From Thermoanaerobaculia bacterium (GTDB lineage: Bacteria > Acidobacteriota > Thermoanaerobaculia > Multivoradales > Multivoraceae): a DNA stretch of 64,000 bases. The stretch covers positions 3,104,001 through 3,168,000 of the forward strand of contig OY762911.1 of the NCBI GenBank assembly GCA_963666565.1. The letters run 5' to 3'. Position 1 is the first letter of the stretch, and each line of letters starts with the position of its first letter. The notes beneath the pieces are model-generated. The model saw nothing but the letters and a program-made list of their open reading frames with translations. It was not told where the DNA came from and ran no database searches. Shown here piece by piece: positions 20,693-29,803 of this stretch. A program made the position numbers and the translations under genes.

Positions 20693-22009
20693 GTGTTCGC
20701 CGCGAGTTCCTACGACCTGATCGTGATCGGCGCCGGGCCGGGCGGCTCGGCGGCGGCGGCCATCGCCGCCCGCGGCGGCCTGCGGACCCTGCTGCTGGAA
20801 CGGGAGGCAGCGCCCGTCTTCAAGATCGGCGAATCGCTCATGCCGGACACCCACGGCGTGTTCGAGAAGATGGGCGCGCTGGACCGCATGAAGAAGAGCC
20901 GCTTCGTGGAGAAGCACTCCGTCCAGTTCTTCACGAAGACGGGCAAGGCGTCCATGCCGTTCTACTTCGAGAAGGAACGGCCGGGCGACGACAGCGCTCG
21001 CACCTGGCAGGTGCGCCGCTCCGAGTTCGACCAGCTCCTGATGGACGCGGCGGCGGAGCAGGGCGCGGAGGTCCGCCGCGGCGTCAACGTCCGCGACGTG
21101 CTGTTCGACGGCGGACGGGCGGTCGGGGTGCGGGCGACCGCGGCGGGCAACGGCGGGCCGGTCGAGATCGCGAGCCGGGTCGTCGTCGACGCCACCGGCC
21201 AGAGCGCGATGCTCTCGCGCCGGCTCGACCTTGGCCGGGTCGACTACGGGCTGCGCCACGCCTCGATCTACACCCACTTCCGCGGCGCGATCCGGGACGA
21301 GGGCAAGGACGAGGGCGCGACGCTCATCCTGCACACGAAGTCCGGGGAGAACTGGTTCTGGTACATCCCGCTGGCCGGCGACGTGGTCAGCGTCGGCGTC
21401 GTCGGGCCGATGGACGCGCTGATCCGCAACCGGGAGGGCAGGCCGCACGAGATCTTCTTCGAGGAGGTCCGCAACTGCGCCGAGATCGAGCGGCGCATCG
21501 CGCCCGCGGTCCAGTGCCGCCCCGTGTCCGTGATGAAGGACTTCTCCTACCGGATCGAGAAGATGGCGGGCGACGGCTGGATCGCGATCGGCGACGCGTT
21601 CTCCTTCATCGATCCGGTCTACTCGTCGGGGGTCTTCCTGGCGCTCAAGTCGGGCGAGATGGCGGCCGAAGCGGCGATCGGGGCGGTCGCCGCGGACGAC
21701 GTCTCCGGCGAGCGGCTCGGAGCGTTCCAGCCGCTGCTGATGCGCGGCGTCGAGGCGGTGCGGCAACTGGTCAACGTCTTCTACGACCGGAACTTCAGCG
21801 TCGGCGCGTTCCTGAGGCTCTACCCGCAGCACCAGAGCAAGGTGACCCGGATCCTGATCGGCGACGTGTTCGATCTGGACTTCACGTCGATGTTCGAGGA
21901 CATGGCGGCTTTCGCGGCGGCGGGTCGGAAGACCCGCGCACCCAGCGGAGGCCCGGTCTCCCTGCCGCCTGCGGCGACGGCGGGTCGGAAGACCCGCGCA
22001 CCCGGTTGA
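20693..22009 (+). CDS. FAD-dependent oxidoreductase, flavin-dependent halogenase-like; C-terminus extended by two REP copies
   Basis: GAGPGGS FAD motif, KIGESL, WFWYIP (WxWxIP), GDAFSFIDPVYSSG. GTG start lies 7 nt after a TAGACT -10-like hexamer. Confidence 0.85.
   Translation: MFAASSYDLIVIGAGPGGSAAAAIAARGGLRTLLLEREAAPVFKIGESLMPDTHGVFEKMGALDRMKKSRFVEKHSVQFFTKTGKASMPFYFEKERPGDDSARTWQVRRSEFDQLLMDAAAEQGAEVRRGVNVRDVLFDGGRAVGVRATAAGNGGPVEIASRVVVDATGQSAMLSRRLDLGRVDYGLRHASIYTHFRGAIRDEGKDEGATLILHTKSGENWFWYIPLAGDVVSVGVVGPMDALIRNREGRPHEIFFEEVRNCAEIERRIAPAVQCRPVSVMKDFSYRIEKMAGDGWIAIGDAFSFIDPVYSSGVFLALKSGEMAAEAAIGAVAADDVSGERLGAFQPLLMRGVEAVRQLVNVFYDRNFSVGAFLRLYPQHQSKVTRILIGDVFDLDFTSMFEDMAAFAAAGRKTRAPSGGPVSLPPAATAGRKTRAPG
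21920..22005. repeat. Two direct REP-like copies (60-bp period) in the 3' end of the halogenase-like gene
   Basis: GCGGGTCGGAAGACCCGCGCACCC at 21920 and 21980. Confidence 0.88.
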
Positions 22010-22032
22010 GCCGGAAGTCCGCGGGCGGGTTG

Positions 22033-22284
22033 ATGGCGAAGCGAGCGGTCCGGGTCACGGCGTACGCGGCGTTGCCGGCGCTGTACCTGCTGCACAACGA
22101 TCTTTGGCTCTGGGACGACCCGGGCCGATTCCTGGGTCTGCCGGTCGGGTTGTCGTACCACGTCCTGTTCTCGGCGGCGGTGGTGCTCGCCATGTGGCGG
22201 CTGGTGCGCGTCGCCTGGCCGGGCGACACGCTCGCCGAGCTGGCGGGGTCTCCTGACGACGGCGGCGCGGAGGGCGCGGAGTGA
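22033..22284 (+). CDS. Small membrane protein (DUF3311-like partner of an SSS symporter)
   Basis: 83 aa, two hydrophobic segments, LHNDLWLW...FLGLP.GL.YH motif; stop overlaps the symporter start (GTGA). Confidence 0.75.
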   Translation: MAKRAVRVTAYAALPALYLLHNDLWLWDDPGRFLGLPVGLSYHVLFSAAVVLAMWRLVRVAWPGDTLAELAGSPDDGGAEGAE

Positions 22285-23747
22285 CGCTCGCGGTCATCTT
22301 CGCCTACCTCGCGGCGGTGCTGTCGATCGGGGTCTGGAGCAACCGGCGCCTGGCCGCGACAGGCGAGGACTTCTTCGTCGCCGGCCGGACGATCGGGCCG
22401 TTCGTCCTCCTGATGACGCTGTTCGGTACCCACATGACGTCCTTCGCGCTGCTCGGCGCCTCGGCGGAGTCGTACCGCGTCGGCATCGGCGTCTTCTCGC
22501 TGATGGCGTCGTCATCGGCGCTGATGGTGCCGGTCGTCTTCTTCTTCGTCGGCACGCGGGTATGGGCGGTGGGGCGGCGACTGGGGCTGCTGACCCAGGT
22601 TCAGTTCGTTCGCGCCCGCTGGGGTTCCGACGGCGTGGGCCTGCTGCTGTTCGTCGTGCTCGTCCTCCTGCTGCTGCCGTACCTGCTGATCGGCGTGATG
22701 GGCGGCGGCGTGGTCCTCGGCCAGATCACGGACGGGGCGGCGCCGTCGTGGCTCGGCAGCCTGCTCGTGTCGGGAGTCGTCATCGGCTACGTGACGAGCG
22801 GGGGGCTGCGCGGCACCGCCTGGGTCAACACGTTCCAGACCGCGATGTTCATGCTGCTCGGGGCGGTGACGGCGGTGCTGATCGTGACGAAACTGGGCGG
22901 CGTGGGCGCGGCGCTCGACCGGGTCGCGGAGAGCCGGCCGGAGCTGCTGGTGCGGGGCGACGCGATCCACCCGCTGCGGCTTCTCAGCTACACCCTGATC
23001 CCGCTGTCGGTGGGGACCTTCCCGCACATCTTCGCGCACTGGCTGTCGGCGAAGCGGGCGGCCACCTTCAAGGCGCCGATCGTCCTGTATCCGGTCTGCA
23101 TCGCGGCGGTCTGGATTCCCAGCGTGCTCCTCGGGCTGTTCGGGAACATCGACTTTCCGGGGCTCGACGGCGCGGAGTCGAACGCGGTCCTCGTCCGGAT
23201 GATCGCGCTCTACGCGCCCGAACTGCTCGCGGGCCTGCTGGGCGCCGGCGTGTTCGCGGCCATCATGTCGTCGCTCGACTCGCAGTCGCTTTCCCTGGGC
23301 GCGATGTTCACGCAGGACATCGTGCGGCACTACCGCTGGGGCGGCGACCTGAGCGAGGCGCGGCAGGTGCGCCTGGGCCGGCTGTTCGTCGTCGGCGTCG
23401 TGGCGGCGGTGTTCGTGCTGTCGCTGGTTGCCGAGCGCAGCATCTTCGCGCTCTCGGTGTGGTCGTTCACGGGGTTCGCGTCGCTGCTGCCGGTGGTGGT
23501 GGCCGCGCTTTACTGGCGCCGCAGCACGGCGGCGGGAGCGGGCGCGGCCATCCTCGCGACGATCGCCCTGTGGACCTGGTTCTTCCTGCGCGGAATCGGC
23601 GATCCGGACTACAGCGTCGGCGGCACGGGCGTCATGCCTGTCGCCGTGGTGTTCGCGGGTTCCGCCGCGGCGATGATCGTCGTCTCCCTCCTGACCAGGC
23701 CGCCCGTTACCGAGCGGGTGGAGCGCTTTGTCGGGCAGCCCCGATGA
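22281..23747 (+). CDS. Sodium:solute symporter family protein
   Basis: Polytopic membrane protein; DFFVAGRTIG, GGLRGTAWVNTFQ, AAIMSSLDSQ. Confidence 0.92.
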   Translation: MTLAVIFAYLAAVLSIGVWSNRRLAATGEDFFVAGRTIGPFVLLMTLFGTHMTSFALLGASAESYRVGIGVFSLMASSSALMVPVVFFFVGTRVWAVGRRLGLLTQVQFVRARWGSDGVGLLLFVVLVLLLLPYLLIGVMGGGVVLGQITDGAAPSWLGSLLVSGVVIGYVTSGGLRGTAWVNTFQTAMFMLLGAVTAVLIVTKLGGVGAALDRVAESRPELLVRGDAIHPLRLLSYTLIPLSVGTFPHIFAHWLSAKRAATFKAPIVLYPVCIAAVWIPSVLLGLFGNIDFPGLDGAESNAVLVRMIALYAPELLAGLLGAGVFAAIMSSLDSQSLSLGAMFTQDIVRHYRWGGDLSEARQVRLGRLFVVGVVAAVFVLSLVAERSIFALSVWSFTGFASLLPVVVAALYWRRSTAAGAGAAILATIALWTWFFLRGIGDPDYSVGGTGVMPVAVVFAGSAAAMIVVSLLTRPPVTERVERFVGQPR

Positions 23748-23760
23748 CTCGCGCGCGGAC

Positions 23761-25143
23761 ATGTCCACGCACGGCGCGGGACGCGCCGCACGGGTGCATC
23801 CCGTGACCGCTACCGACCAGCCGTTGCGCATCGCCTACCTGGCGGCGGGCGCCGGCGGCATGATCTGCGGGAGCTGCATCCACGACAACGCGCTGGTCCG
23901 CGAACTCCAGCGGCGGGGGCACAACGCGCTGCTGCTGCCCATCTACACGCCGCTGCGGACCGACGAGGAGAACGTGAGCTACGGCCGCATCTTCTACGGC
24001 GCGGTCAACATCTACCTGGAGCAGAAGGTGCCGCTGTGGAGCCGGGCGCCGGCGGCGGTCCGCCGATTGCTCGACAGCCCGCGGCTGCTCGCCCGGGTCA
24101 CCCGGTCGGCGTCTGCGACCGACGCCAACCAGCTCGGCGAGCTCGCGCTGTCCATGGTGCGGGGCGAGGAGGGGCGTCAACTGGCGGAACTCAAGGGCCT
24201 GGCGACGTGGCTGGCCGGCGAGTTCCGGCCGGACGTGGTCCACCTGACGAACTCGATGCTCGTGGGCATGGCCCACTGGCTGCGCGAGGCGCTCCCGGAG
24301 ACGCTGATCGTCTGCGGCCTTCAGGGCGAGGACATCTTCCTCGAGGACCTGGACGAACCCCACAAGTCCCTGGTGGTCGAGGAGATGCGGAAGCGGGTGC
24401 GCGAGGCCGACGTGCTGGTCGCGCCGAACGACTACTACGCTGCGACGATGGCGGAACTGCTGGAACTGCCGCGAGCGGACATCGACGTGGCGCGGCTCGG
24501 CATCGAACTGGAAGGGCACGGGGGCCGCGAGGCGGAGCCTCCCGAGTCGCCCCTCGTCATCGGCTACCTGGCGCGGATGTGCCCCGAGAAGGGGTTCCAC
24601 CTCGCCGCCGAGGCGTTCCGGGAACTGAGCGAGCGTCTGGGGCCGGGCCGCGTCCGCTTCCGCGCCGCCGGCTACCTCGGCGGCCGCGACGAGGCGTACT
24701 TCGAGGAGCAGCGGCGGCGAATCGCCGGCTGGGGCCTCGAACCGCACTTCGACTGGCTGGGCGAGGTCTCCCGCGAGGAGAAGATCGAGCTGCTGTGCAG
24801 CCTGCACGCGCTCGTGCTGCCGACCGTCTACCGCGAGGCGAAGGGCCTGCCGGCGCTCGAGGCGATGGCGAACGGCGTCCCCGCCGTGCTGCCCGACCAC
24901 GGCTCGTTCCCCGAGATGCTGGAACGGACCGGCGGCGGCACGCTGGTGCCGGCCGGCGACCCGTCGGCCCTGGCCGACGCCGTCGAGCAGTTGGCCGGCG
25001 ACGCGGAGCGCAGGCGCCACCTCGGCCGCTCGGGAAAGGACGGCGTCCGCCGCCACTACTCCGCCGAACTGATGGCGGCGGACACGCTGGCCGCCTACCG
25101 GCGGGGAATCGAGCGCCGCCCACCGGGTGCGCGGGTCTTCTGA
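23761..25143 (+). CDS. Glycosyltransferase family 4
   Basis: IGYLARMCPEKG, EAKGLPALEAMANGVP (GT-B E-x7-E); N-terminal AGGMICGSC.HDN. The stop codon lies inside a REP copy. Confidence 0.88.
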   Translation: MSTHGAGRAARVHPVTATDQPLRIAYLAAGAGGMICGSCIHDNALVRELQRRGHNALLLPIYTPLRTDEENVSYGRIFYGAVNIYLEQKVPLWSRAPAAVRRLLDSPRLLARVTRSASATDANQLGELALSMVRGEEGRQLAELKGLATWLAGEFRPDVVHLTNSMLVGMAHWLREALPETLIVCGLQGEDIFLEDLDEPHKSLVVEEMRKRVREADVLVAPNDYYAATMAELLELPRADIDVARLGIELEGHGGREAEPPESPLVIGYLARMCPEKGFHLAAEAFRELSERLGPGRVRFRAAGYLGGRDEAYFEEQRRRIAGWGLEPHFDWLGEVSREEKIELLCSLHALVLPTVYREAKGLPALEAMANGVPAVLPDHGSFPEMLERTGGGTLVPAGDPSALADAVEQLAGDAERRRHLGRSGKDGVRRHYSAELMAADTLAAYRRGIERRPPGARVF

Positions 25144-25244
25144 CCCGCTGCCGCCAAAGGCGGCCAGGAACCGGGTGCGCGGGTCTTCCGACCCGCCGCC
25201 GCCAAAGGCGGCCAGGAACCGGGTGCGCGGGTCTTCCGACCCGC
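25123..25244. repeat. Three tandem REP-like copies (48-bp period)
   Basis: CCGGGTGCGCGGGTCTTCYGACCCGC at 25123, 25171 and 25219, separated by the GCCGCCAAAGGCGGC hairpin. Confidence 0.9.
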
Positions 25245-25266
25245 TGCCGCGCTAGCATCGTCCCGT

Positions 25267-25980
25267 ATGACTGAATCCCTTCGCTTCGAACGGGTCGCGA
25301 AGTCCTACCCGACGGAAGCCGGCGCCGTCGAGGTTCTGCGCGGAATCTCGTTCCGCCTGGAAGCGGGCGAAGCGATGGCGGTCACCGGACCGTCCGGCAG
25401 CGGCAAGAGCACGCTGCTGCACCTCGCGGCGACGCTGGAGACGCCGACCGCGGGCAGCATCCGCATCGGCGGCGAGGCCGCTCACGATTTGCCGGAACGG
25501 GAACTGGCGGCGTTCAGGAGCCGGCGCGTGGGCCTGGTGTTCCAGGATCACTACCTGCTGCCGCAGTACACGATGCTCCAGAACGTGCTGCTGCCGACGG
25601 TGGCGGCCGGCAACGGCCGGGACGAGGGCGACGCGGAAGAGCGGGCGCGCGCCCTGCTGGAGCGCGTCGGCCTCGGCGCCCGCGTCGATCACCGGCCGGC
25701 GCAGTTATCGGGTGGCGAGCGGCAGCGGGCCGCGATCGTGCGGGCGGTGATCAACCGGCCGAGCCTGCTCCTGTGCGACGAGCCGACCGGCAACCTGGAC
25801 GCGGAGACGGCGGGCGCCGTGGCCGACCTGCTGCTCGAACTCCACGGCGAGGAAGAGAGCGCCCTGATCGTCGTCACGCACAGCCTGGAACTGGCGTCCC
25901 GGTTGCCGAGGCGGCTGGAGTTGCGCAGCGGCCTGCTGGATGAGGCGACGCCGGTCCCGCTGCCGGCGGCGGGAGACTGA
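25267..25980 (+). CDS. ABC transporter ATP-binding protein (LolD/MacB type)
   Basis: GPSGSGKST, LSGGERQR, LLCDEPTGNLD, VTH. Confidence 0.93.
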   Translation: MTESLRFERVAKSYPTEAGAVEVLRGISFRLEAGEAMAVTGPSGSGKSTLLHLAATLETPTAGSIRIGGEAAHDLPERELAAFRSRRVGLVFQDHYLLPQYTMLQNVLLPTVAAGNGRDEGDAEERARALLERVGLGARVDHRPAQLSGGERQRAAIVRAVINRPSLLLCDEPTGNLDAETAGAVADLLLELHGEEESALIVVTHSLELASRLPRRLELRSGLLDEATPVPLPAAGD

Positions 25981-26063
25981 TGCCGTGGCGGTGGTAAGCC
26001 CCGGGGGGCCCCTGCCCAGCCTGAGCCGCAGCCGGCGGCAGCCGGCGGCGGGAGACTGAGGCC

Positions 26064-29000
26064 ATGGCTGCCGCGCGCCCCGGCGGGCCCCTGCCCAGCC
26101 TGCGCCACTACTGGCGCGCGAACGTCGCCGTCGTGCTGACCGCGGCGGTCGCGGCCTCCGTGCTGACCGGCGCGCTGATGGTCGGCGATTCGGTGCGCGG
26201 CAGTCTGCGCGATCTGACTCTGGACCGGCTGGGCGGTATCGATCACGCGCTGCTCGGCGCCGGCTTCTTCCGCGAGGATCTGCGGGACGAACTGGCCGCC
26301 GACGAGGAGTTCGCCGCCCGCTTCGGCCCGGTGTCGGCCGCGATCCTGATGCAGGGCAGCGTGGTGGAACCCGAGAGCGGCCGCCGCGCCGCCCGCGTCA
26401 ATGTGCAGGGGATCGACGCCGGGTTCGTCGCCTTTTTCCCGGACGCGGCGGCAGGGCTCGACCTTTCCCGCCGCGAGGGCCAGTTCTTTGCGTCGCTGGC
26501 CGTCAACCGGTCGTTGGCCGAAGCGCTCGCGGTCGAAGCCGGCGACTCCGTCGTGCTCTACCTGGAGCGGCCCAGCGAGGCGCCGCGGGCCAGCCTGATG
26601 GGGGAGAAGGACCCGGAGGACCAGTTGGAGAGCGTGCGGCTGAGCGTCTCCTCCGTCCTCGACGACGAGGGCCCCGGACGCTTCCAGTTGGCGCCCCACC
26701 AGAGCCAGCCGCTGGTCGGCTACGTGCGGCTGCGCGACCTGCAGCGGGAGCTGGACCGGCGCGGCATGGCGAACGCGCTGCTCGTGGGCGAGCGCGCCGC
26801 GGCCGGCAGCGGGGTTGCCGCCGATCCCGACTCGGCGGCGCTGGACCTCGAACGGCGGATCCGCTCCCACGCCGAGGCCGGGGACTTCAGCCTGGCGTTC
26901 GACGGCGCGGAGGATCACCTCCGGGTGACGACCTCGCAGATCGTCTTCAGCGAGGAACTCGCCGGGGCGGTGGAGGCGCTGGCGCGGGACCGGGGCGCGG
27001 AGGCGGTCGGCGTATCCACCTACCTGGCCAACCGGACCGCGGCGGAGAACGGCGGCGCCGCGCCGTACTCGACGATCGCCGCGCTCGACACGGGCCGGGC
27101 CGGGGAACTCGGCGCGCTGCGGCTTGCGGCCGGTGCGCCCGCGCCGGCGCTCGGGCCGGGCGAGGCCCTGGTCAACACGTTCCTGGCGGAGGACCTCGGC
27201 GTCGGCGCCGGCGACCGGCTCTCCATCGACTACTTCGTCGTCGGGGATCGGGAGCAACTGGTCGAGCGGACGGTCGAGGCCACCGTGGCCGGCGTCGTCG
27301 AGATGACCGGCTGGGCCGCCGACCGGAGCATGACGCCGGACTTTCCCGGCGTCGCCGACGCCGACAACATGAGCGACTGGGACCCGACCTTCCCGGTGGA
27401 TCTGAGCCGCATCCGCGACCGGGACGAGGCGTACTGGGACGAATACCGCGGAACGCCGAAGCTGTTCGTCGACCTCGACTTCGGCGCCGGGCTCTGGTCC
27501 AGCCGCTTCGGGCATCTGACCTCGTTCCGGCTGCTGCCCGGCGACGGCGCCTCGCCGGACGAACTCGGCGCCGTCCTCGAGGCCGAGGCGCCGGCGCGCA
27601 TCGCGCTCCACGCGGCGGGGCTGGCGGTCGAGCCGGTCAAGGCCACGGGGCTGCGGGGCGCCACCGGCGCGACCGACTTCGGGGGCCTGTTCGTCGGCTT
27701 CAGCCTGTTCCTGATCGTCTCGGCGGCGCTGCTGGTGGGCCTGTTCTTCCGGCTCGGCACGGAGAGCCGCGCCAACGAGATGGGCCTGTTGCTGGCGCTC
27801 GGCCACGGCGTCCGGCGGGTGCGGCGGCGCTTCCTGCTGGAGGGCGCGCTGCTCGGCGGGGCGGGCGTGCTGCTCGGCCTGGGCGGGGCGGTGCTCTACG
27901 CCGGCGCGATGATGGCCGCGCTCCGTACGCTGTGGCGCTCGGCCGTCGGGTCGAGCCATCTCTACCTCCACGTCGAGCCGCTGACGCTGGCGCTGGGCGG
28001 CGCCGGCTCGCTGCTCGTCGTGCTGTTCGCCGTGCGGGGCGCCGTCGGCCGGCTGGCCGGGGTTTCGCCAATCCGGCTGCTGCGGGGAGAGACGGTGGAA
28101 CAGCCGGCGGCCGTCGCCGCGCCGCGGCCGCGGGCGCGCTGGACCGGCATCGTCGCCGGCGCTCTGGCGTTGGCCCTGCTCGGCGGGTCGGCCGCCGCGC
28201 CGGCGTCGGCGGCGGCCTACCTGTTCTTCTCGGGCGGCGCCTGCCTGTTGGTCGCCGGGCTCGCCGCCTTCGTCCTGTGGCTGCGGCGCCGTCCGGAGGC
28301 GCCGCTTCGCGGCTGGTCGCTGCGCGCCGGATCGAGCATGGCGGCGGCCAACGCGTCGCTCAACCCGGGGCGGAGCCTGCTCTGCGCGGCGCTCGTGGCG
28401 AGCGCGTCGTTCGTCATCGTGGCCGTCGGCGCCTACGGCCTCCGGTTCGGGGAGGAGACGAGGGATCTGGACTCGGGCGCGGGCGGCTTCGACCTGGTCG
28501 CCGAGTCCGACGTCTCGATCCTCGCCGACATGACCAGCGTGGACGGCCGCTACGAACTCGGGTTCGGCAGGGACGCTTCGGATCTCGTCGGACGGAGCGA
28601 GATCGTCGCCTTCCGCACGGTGCCGGGCGACGACATCAGTTGCCTGAACCTGTTCCAGCCGGAGAGGCCGCGGCTGCTCGGCGCGCCGCCGGAGTTCGTC
28701 GAGCGCGGGGGCTTCCGCTTCCAGTCGGTGGTCGACGTGGCGGGAGAGGAGGCGTTGGGGCGCGAAGACGCGCCGCCGGCGTCGCGGCCGGACCGCCCAT
28801 CATCGGGCGATCCCGGGACGCCCTGGCGGTTGCTGGAACAGGACCTCGGTCCGGGCGTGGTACCCGCGATCGGCGACTTCAACTCGGTCATGTGGATCCT
28901 GCACTCGGGGCTGGGCCAGGGGATCGAGGTGGAGACGGAGCGCGGCGAGACGATCGAGCTGCGGCTCGTCGGGCTCCTGCGCAAGAGCGTGTTCCAGAGC

Positions 29001-29573
29001 GAACTCGTGATCTCCGAGGCGAACCTGGCGCGGCACTTCCCGAGCCGGACGGGGGCGTCGTACTTCCTGCTGCGAACCGAGCCGGACGAGCAGGACCGGA
29101 CGATGCAGGAGCTGGAGCGGACGCTCTCGGGCTTCGGCTTCGACGCGGTACCCACCGCTCAGCGGCTGCAGGCATTCCAGGCGGTCGAGAACACCTACCT
29201 CGGCACCTTCCAGACCCTGGGCGGCCTCGGGCTGCTGCTCGGCACGCTGGGGCTCTCGGTGGTGCTGCTGCGGAACCTGCTGGAGCGGCGCGGCGAACTG
29301 GCGACGATGCAGGCGATCGGCTTCTGGCGGCGCGCCCTGGCCTGGCTGGTGGTCGCCGAGAACAGCCTGCTGCTGGCGGCCGGCGTCGCGGTCGGGGCCG
29401 CGTCGGCGCTGGTCGCGGTGAGTCCGCATCTGCTTGGCGGCCATGCGCTCGTGCCGTGGCTGTCGCTGGCGCTTACCCTGCTGCTGGTGCTGGCGGCCGG
29501 CACCCTGGCGAGCCTCGCGGCGGTACGCCGCGTGACCCGCGAGGACCTTCTCCCCGCCCTCCGAGGCGGCTAA
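26064..29573 (+). CDS. FtsX/MacB-like ABC transporter permease (duplicated architecture)
   Basis: GALMVGDSVRGSL; two FtsX-type TM blocks (ESRANEMGLLLALG, ERRGELATMQAIG). Confidence 0.88.
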   Translation: MAAARPGGPLPSLRHYWRANVAVVLTAAVAASVLTGALMVGDSVRGSLRDLTLDRLGGIDHALLGAGFFREDLRDELAADEEFAARFGPVSAAILMQGSVVEPESGRRAARVNVQGIDAGFVAFFPDAAAGLDLSRREGQFFASLAVNRSLAEALAVEAGDSVVLYLERPSEAPRASLMGEKDPEDQLESVRLSVSSVLDDEGPGRFQLAPHQSQPLVGYVRLRDLQRELDRRGMANALLVGERAAAGSGVAADPDSAALDLERRIRSHAEAGDFSLAFDGAEDHLRVTTSQIVFSEELAGAVEALARDRGAEAVGVSTYLANRTAAENGGAAPYSTIAALDTGRAGELGALRLAAGAPAPALGPGEALVNTFLAEDLGVGAGDRLSIDYFVVGDREQLVERTVEATVAGVVEMTGWAADRSMTPDFPGVADADNMSDWDPTFPVDLSRIRDRDEAYWDEYRGTPKLFVDLDFGAGLWSSRFGHLTSFRLLPGDGASPDELGAVLEAEAPARIALHAAGLAVEPVKATGLRGATGATDFGGLFVGFSLFLIVSAALLVGLFFRLGTESRANEMGLLLALGHGVRRVRRRFLLEGALLGGAGVLLGLGGAVLYAGAMMAALRTLWRSAVGSSHLYLHVEPLTLALGGAGSLLVVLFAVRGAVGRLAGVSPIRLLRGETVEQPAAVAAPRPRARWTGIVAGALALALLGGSAAAPASAAAYLFFSGGACLLVAGLAAFVLWLRRRPEAPLRGWSLRAGSSMAAANASLNPGRSLLCAALVASASFVIVAVGAYGLRFGEETRDLDSGAGGFDLVAESDVSILADMTSVDGRYELGFGRDASDLVGRSEIVAFRTVPGDDISCLNLFQPERPRLLGAPPEFVERGGFRFQSVVDVAGEEALGREDAPPASRPDRPSSGDPGTPWRLLEQDLGPGVVPAIGDFNSVMWILHSGLGQGIEVETERGETIELRLVGLLRKSVFQSELVISEANLARHFPSRTGASYFLLRTEPDEQDRTMQELERTLSGFGFDAVPTAQRLQAFQAVENTYLGTFQTLGGLGLLLGTLGLSVVLLRNLLERRGELATMQAIGFWRRALAWLVVAENSLLLAAGVAVGAASALVAVSPHLLGGHALVPWLSLALTLLLVLAAGTLASLAAVRRVTREDLLPALRGG

Positions 29574-29580
29574 CTCTCCG

Positions 29581-29795
29581 CTGGGTGCGCGGGTCTTCCG
29601 ACCCGCCCCTGGGCGGCGCCGCGGAGCGGCGCAGCCCGGACAACACGGTCGCCGGCCAAGAGGCCGGCGACCGCACCGCGGCGAGGCGCCAGCCAGAGCG
29701 GAGCCGGCCTGCGGCCGGCGCGCCTTTTGCCGCCTTCGGCGGCAGCGGGTCAGAAGACCCGCGCACCCGGCGGGTCGGAGGACCCGCGCAGCCAG
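29581..29795. repeat. REPIN-like inverted REP pair plus one degenerate copy, with internal hairpins
   Basis: CTGGGTGCGCGGGTCTTCCGACCCGC at 29581; inverted copies at 29745 and 29770; perfect 12-bp stem CGGTCGCCGGCC-AAGA-GGCCGGCGACCG at 29646-29673. Confidence 0.85.
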
Positions 29796-29803
29796 TGGGC
29801 GGT

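Noticed and set aside
25123-25244. Possible mini-CRISPR (3 repeats)
   Set aside because: The intervening sequences are near-identical to each other, so this is a tandem repeat.
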